Of a DNA stretch of 41,023 nt, positions 38,311-41,023 are shown one piece after another. The notes below the pieces were generated by a model. That model was not told where the DNA came from. It worked only from the letters and a program-made list of their open reading frames with translations, and searched no databases. Both the position numbers and the translations under genes were made by a program. Source of the DNA: a virus (Duplodnaviria > Heunggongvirae > Uroviricota > Caudoviricetes); IMG/VR virus record IMGVR_UViG_2690316062_000001, positions 1 to 41,023 of that record; one strand, 5' to 3'. Each line of letters opens with the position of its first letter. The stretch's first letter is position 1.

Positions 38311-39075
38311 ATGAAAAAACGCATCACTTTCAGCGTAAACAATAGTTCTACTATTGATGCAATTGACGACTATAGCAATGCAAAAGGATACTCCAGGTCA
38401 GAGGTGATATCATTTTTATTAAACGCCACAGTCCCAGCATTGAATAAAATAACATCGCAATATCATATAGCTCAAACTTTGGAGTCAACATTAGGCTGTA
38501 TTTTTGAAGAGAAGGCCCCGTCAATAGCACGGGGGGAGCCAAAATTAACTTACGAAGAGTTTTTTCATTCCGTCTGGAACACTCACATTCGACACCGGAA
38601 CGAGGTTATCGACCAGAATTTTTATGCACACAAAATATCTCATGATAAGATGGGGAAGAGTGAAAAAAAATTAATTCATGAAAAGCTCACATACATTATA
38701 AAAAGCTTCAATGTAAAAAAAGCAATTTTTATTTACACAGATCGGCGCGTGAACCACAAACATCTAATTGCAGGAGGGTTGTCAAATATCATACTGATAA
38801 AGGAAACAGTTTACGATGGTTGTTTTTTTGATTTGAGCAGCATTGTGATTATGCCAATCTTTGAACTTATTACATTTGGAATTGAAGAGGTATTGAAAAG
38901 AAATAAAATCCACCATAAACAATCATGCTATTGCTGGATACCAATTTATTACACAAATGATCTAGCGGTAATGGTCCCGGTGATTGCCGAAGGCGATACA
39001 CCTCAAAAGGCGATGAAAGGAGGAGATGCCATCATTATTAACCCCTTTAACGGTGAAGTAAACCATACTTTCTGA
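38311..39075 (+). CDS. Ribbon-helix-helix (CopG-like) N-terminus fused to about 200-aa domain of unknown function
   Basis: MKKRITFSVNNSSTIDAIDDYSNAKGYSRSEVISFLL is an RHH-type beta-strand/helix motif; the remainder has no motif I recognise; AT-rich. Confidence 0.5.
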   Translation: MKKRITFSVNNSSTIDAIDDYSNAKGYSRSEVISFLLNATVPALNKITSQYHIAQTLESTLGCIFEEKAPSIARGEPKLTYEEFFHSVWNTHIRHRNEVIDQNFYAHKISHDKMGKSEKKLIHEKLTYIIKSFNVKKAIFIYTDRRVNHKHLIAGGLSNIILIKETVYDGCFFDLSSIVIMPIFELITFGIEEVLKRNKIHHKQSCYCWIPIYYTNDLAVMVPVIAEGDTPQKAMKGGDAIIINPFNGEVNHTF

Positions 39076-39157
39076 TACCAATGTTAAGCATAACCACTTA
39101 GTTGCATACATCTCGACAGTATGGAGTTAGTACCTAATAGCTTGATGAGGGTAAAAG

Positions 39158-39334
39158 ATGCCTACTAACAAAGCAAAATCAAAGAAAATTCTAGGAAGGC
39201 CTGAAGGAAGTAAATATTACCATTTAATTCAGAGTGAGAAGGCTAAGCATTACTCTCAATCCAAGGTGGCAAAGATCTTAGGAATAAGTATTTCCACGGT
39301 AAAAAGACACTGGGATAACGGCATCTTTGGGTGA
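39158..39334 (+). CDS. Small HTH protein (uncertain)
   Basis: 58-codon ORF MPTNKAKSKKILGRPEGSKYYHLIQSEKAKHYSQSKVAKILGISISTVKRHWDNGIFG; below the ORF-track cutoff. Confidence 0.35.
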   Translation: MPTNKAKSKKILGRPEGSKYYHLIQSEKAKHYSQSKVAKILGISISTVKRHWDNGIFG

Positions 39335-39537
39335 TTATAATTGCAGAGTTGCTTTTTAAGTATTTTACTGCATGGGTAATGGGTTGATAACAAGTTTTAT
39401 TGTTGGAAAGGTATTATATAACAGTCATTACTATTAATAGTTAATTAATATAAATAACCACAGACATTCATCTATGTCTTATCATATTACTATATACGGC
39501 TTTAGAAAACCGTAGAACTAACTACAAGGGTATACAT

Positions 39538-40158
39538 ATGGAATTATATCATGGTTCCCATGGTGAGCATGTACTCGCCTATAGAAAGCATATTGAGCGA
39601 GTCGTTAATGATGCTGTCAGTGAATTCCCTAGAACAATGGCATTACGTGTTGATGCCCATTACCCCCCTATTTTAGATAGAGGTGATACGGTTTGCTGCT
39701 TTCCTAATCTAGAGCCTGGTGCCATATCCCGTTTCCGTAATGCATTAAATGCCATGTTGGAGGCCAATGAGAGAGCCAGAGCCGCCAACGGTAAAAGAAT
39801 ATATTCAAATCGTGTTCGTCATGTTTGGGTAAGGGAGTTTTCCGAAGAGGGGAAATGTCATTTTCATCTTGGTCTTTTTTTTAACAAAGATGCTTATTAC
39901 CATTTAGGTGATTATGAGGCTGAAAGCAATTTACGGATGATGATTGTAAGGGCATGGTACAGTGCCCTGGGGTTGGAACTGGATGATTATCCGGGATTAG
40001 TTCACTACCCTGAAAATTGTCGTTATATATTAGACGTCAATGATTTTAACTTTGAAGGAGAATACAATAAATTACTGAATCGCTTCGACTACCTAGCTAA
40101 ACTCGATACAAAAGCATATGGAGATGGCGACCGTAGCTTCGGCTGCAGTCGCGGTTAA
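39538..40158 (+). CDS. Inovirus Gp2-family protein (YagK/YfjJ-like)
   Basis: 206-aa ORF MELYHGSHGEHVLAYRKHIERVVNDAVSEF..., resembles recalled CP4-type island proteins. Confidence 0.6.
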   Translation: MELYHGSHGEHVLAYRKHIERVVNDAVSEFPRTMALRVDAHYPPILDRGDTVCCFPNLEPGAISRFRNALNAMLEANERARAANGKRIYSNRVRHVWVREFSEEGKCHFHLGLFFNKDAYYHLGDYEAESNLRMMIVRAWYSALGLELDDYPGLVHYPENCRYILDVNDFNFEGEYNKLLNRFDYLAKLDTKAYGDGDRSFGCSRG

Positions 40159-40213
40159 TTTATTTTTTACAGCAATGGCCTTTCTTATAGATGGAAAGGC
40201 CAGACCTTATATA

Positions 40214-40936
40214 TCAAGACGATGGTGAGCGATAAAGTATTGTTTTCAAGTAATCATCTGTTGCAGTAAACTCAGGGAGTTGGCCACTCATGGCCTGTGT
40301 TAGTGGAATAATCTTTGTCCTGACTCCCATCCCCCTGAAATCAACGTAACCATAATCACGTAAGACTTCCATAATAATCGTATTACGTGGTGAACGCTGA
40401 CCTGCAACCATCTTTTCAACCGACATCGAATTATTCAGTGCCCCTGGGCTAATAACTTCAAATCGATTGCTATACAAGCCAATCTCTATCTCAACAAAGC
40501 GTGTCCAGTCACGATGAGCCAGTGCATTTACAACAGTTTCGCGAATAGCTTCCAGTGGATAGTACCAGGTTGTTTCACGACGTAGATGCGTATCGGGTAG
40601 AGGAGCCTCTGAAGTGATAAAGGGCATGATAGTCGACATCAAACGCTCAATCAATCCACCATCGATCAAAGCCTTTCCGGCTTCCTCAGTATCAAAACGC
40701 CCAACCATTGGACCATCCAGAATATCATCGAGTAACGGTTGGTACTCCTTATCCTCGCTGGCAAACGCAAAGACTCGGATACCTGATTGACGTAAATACT
40801 GGCGTGGATGTTTACCGAAGAGCACCAACCCGGCAATTGTACAACAGACATTTTCACCCGCTTGTGTCAGAAAACTTAATCCTAACAACCGTTGTTGCCA
40901 TTGTTCCTGAGTCTCAGGAATATCAGGATCACGCAA
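40214..40936 (-). CDS. AlbA_2 / RecG-C-terminal-like putative DNA-binding regulator (5' end unresolved at window edge)
   Basis: 240 codons from a TTG; motif VVNALAHRDW; in-frame TGA at 41012-41014 and an ATG in another frame at 41019 suggest a frameshift or a start outside the window. Confidence 0.5.
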   Translation of the reverse strand: MRDPDIPETQEQWQQRLLGLSFLTQAGENVCCTIAGLVLFGKHPRQYLRQSGIRVFAFASEDKEYQPLLDDILDGPMVGRFDTEEAGKALIDGGLIERLMSTIMPFITSEAPLPDTHLRRETTWYYPLEAIRETVVNALAHRDWTRFVEIEIGLYSNRFEVISPGALNNSMSVEKMVAGQRSPRNTIIMEVLRDYGYVDFRGMGVRTKIIPLTQAMSGQLPEFTATDDYLKTILYRSPSS

Positions 40937-41023
40937 AATATCACGCAGATAATTCAGTAAACGTGCGGCTTTGTTGAATAAATCGAACTTTTGCTGAGTT
41001 GAAGGATCAGATCACGCATCCTC

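Noticed and set aside
1-41023. Insertion sequences, transposases, toxin genes (e.g. Shiga toxin) or O-antigen modification genes
   Set aside because: No ORF in the window shows transposase (DDE), Stx or glycosyltransferase signatures. Such cargo, if present, would lie outside the window.

Overview
The window is almost entirely mobile DNA. (1) Positions 1 to about 35,930 are the larger part of a mosaic lambdoid prophage lying in inverted lambda orientation. On the minus strand: Mu-type contractile-tail and baseplate genes, an HK97-type head and packaging module, lambda-type lysis genes, a Q antiterminator, a DLP12-like nin block (ybcN-ninE-ybcO-rusA-ylcG), lambda-type O/P replication with ori iterons, and cro. 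On the plus strand: cI, then gam-bet-exo, a P22-type xis/int pair, and a 48-bp copy of the 3' end of tRNA-Thr(CGU) (thrW-type att core) at 35881-35928. (2) From about 36,000 to the window end is the start of a second, AT-rich P4/CP4-type integrative island (second tyrosine integrase, AlpA-like regulator, RHH-fusion protein, inovirus-Gp2-like protein, AlbA_2-like protein cut by the window edge). AT-rich cargo in the prophage: a membrane-anchored moron inside the tail operon, an esterase with an in-frame TAA, EmrE, an outer-membrane beta-barrel protein, and a translationally coupled two-gene cassette in the rexAB position downstream of cI. That cassette (HTH-ImmA/IrrE zinc metallopeptidase plus PIN-like DUF4411 protein) is my top candidate for an uncharacterised defence or toxin-antitoxin-like system. 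No rRNA, complete tRNA, CRISPR array or transposase was seen. All family assignments are from reading the translations and recalled signatures, not from a database search.
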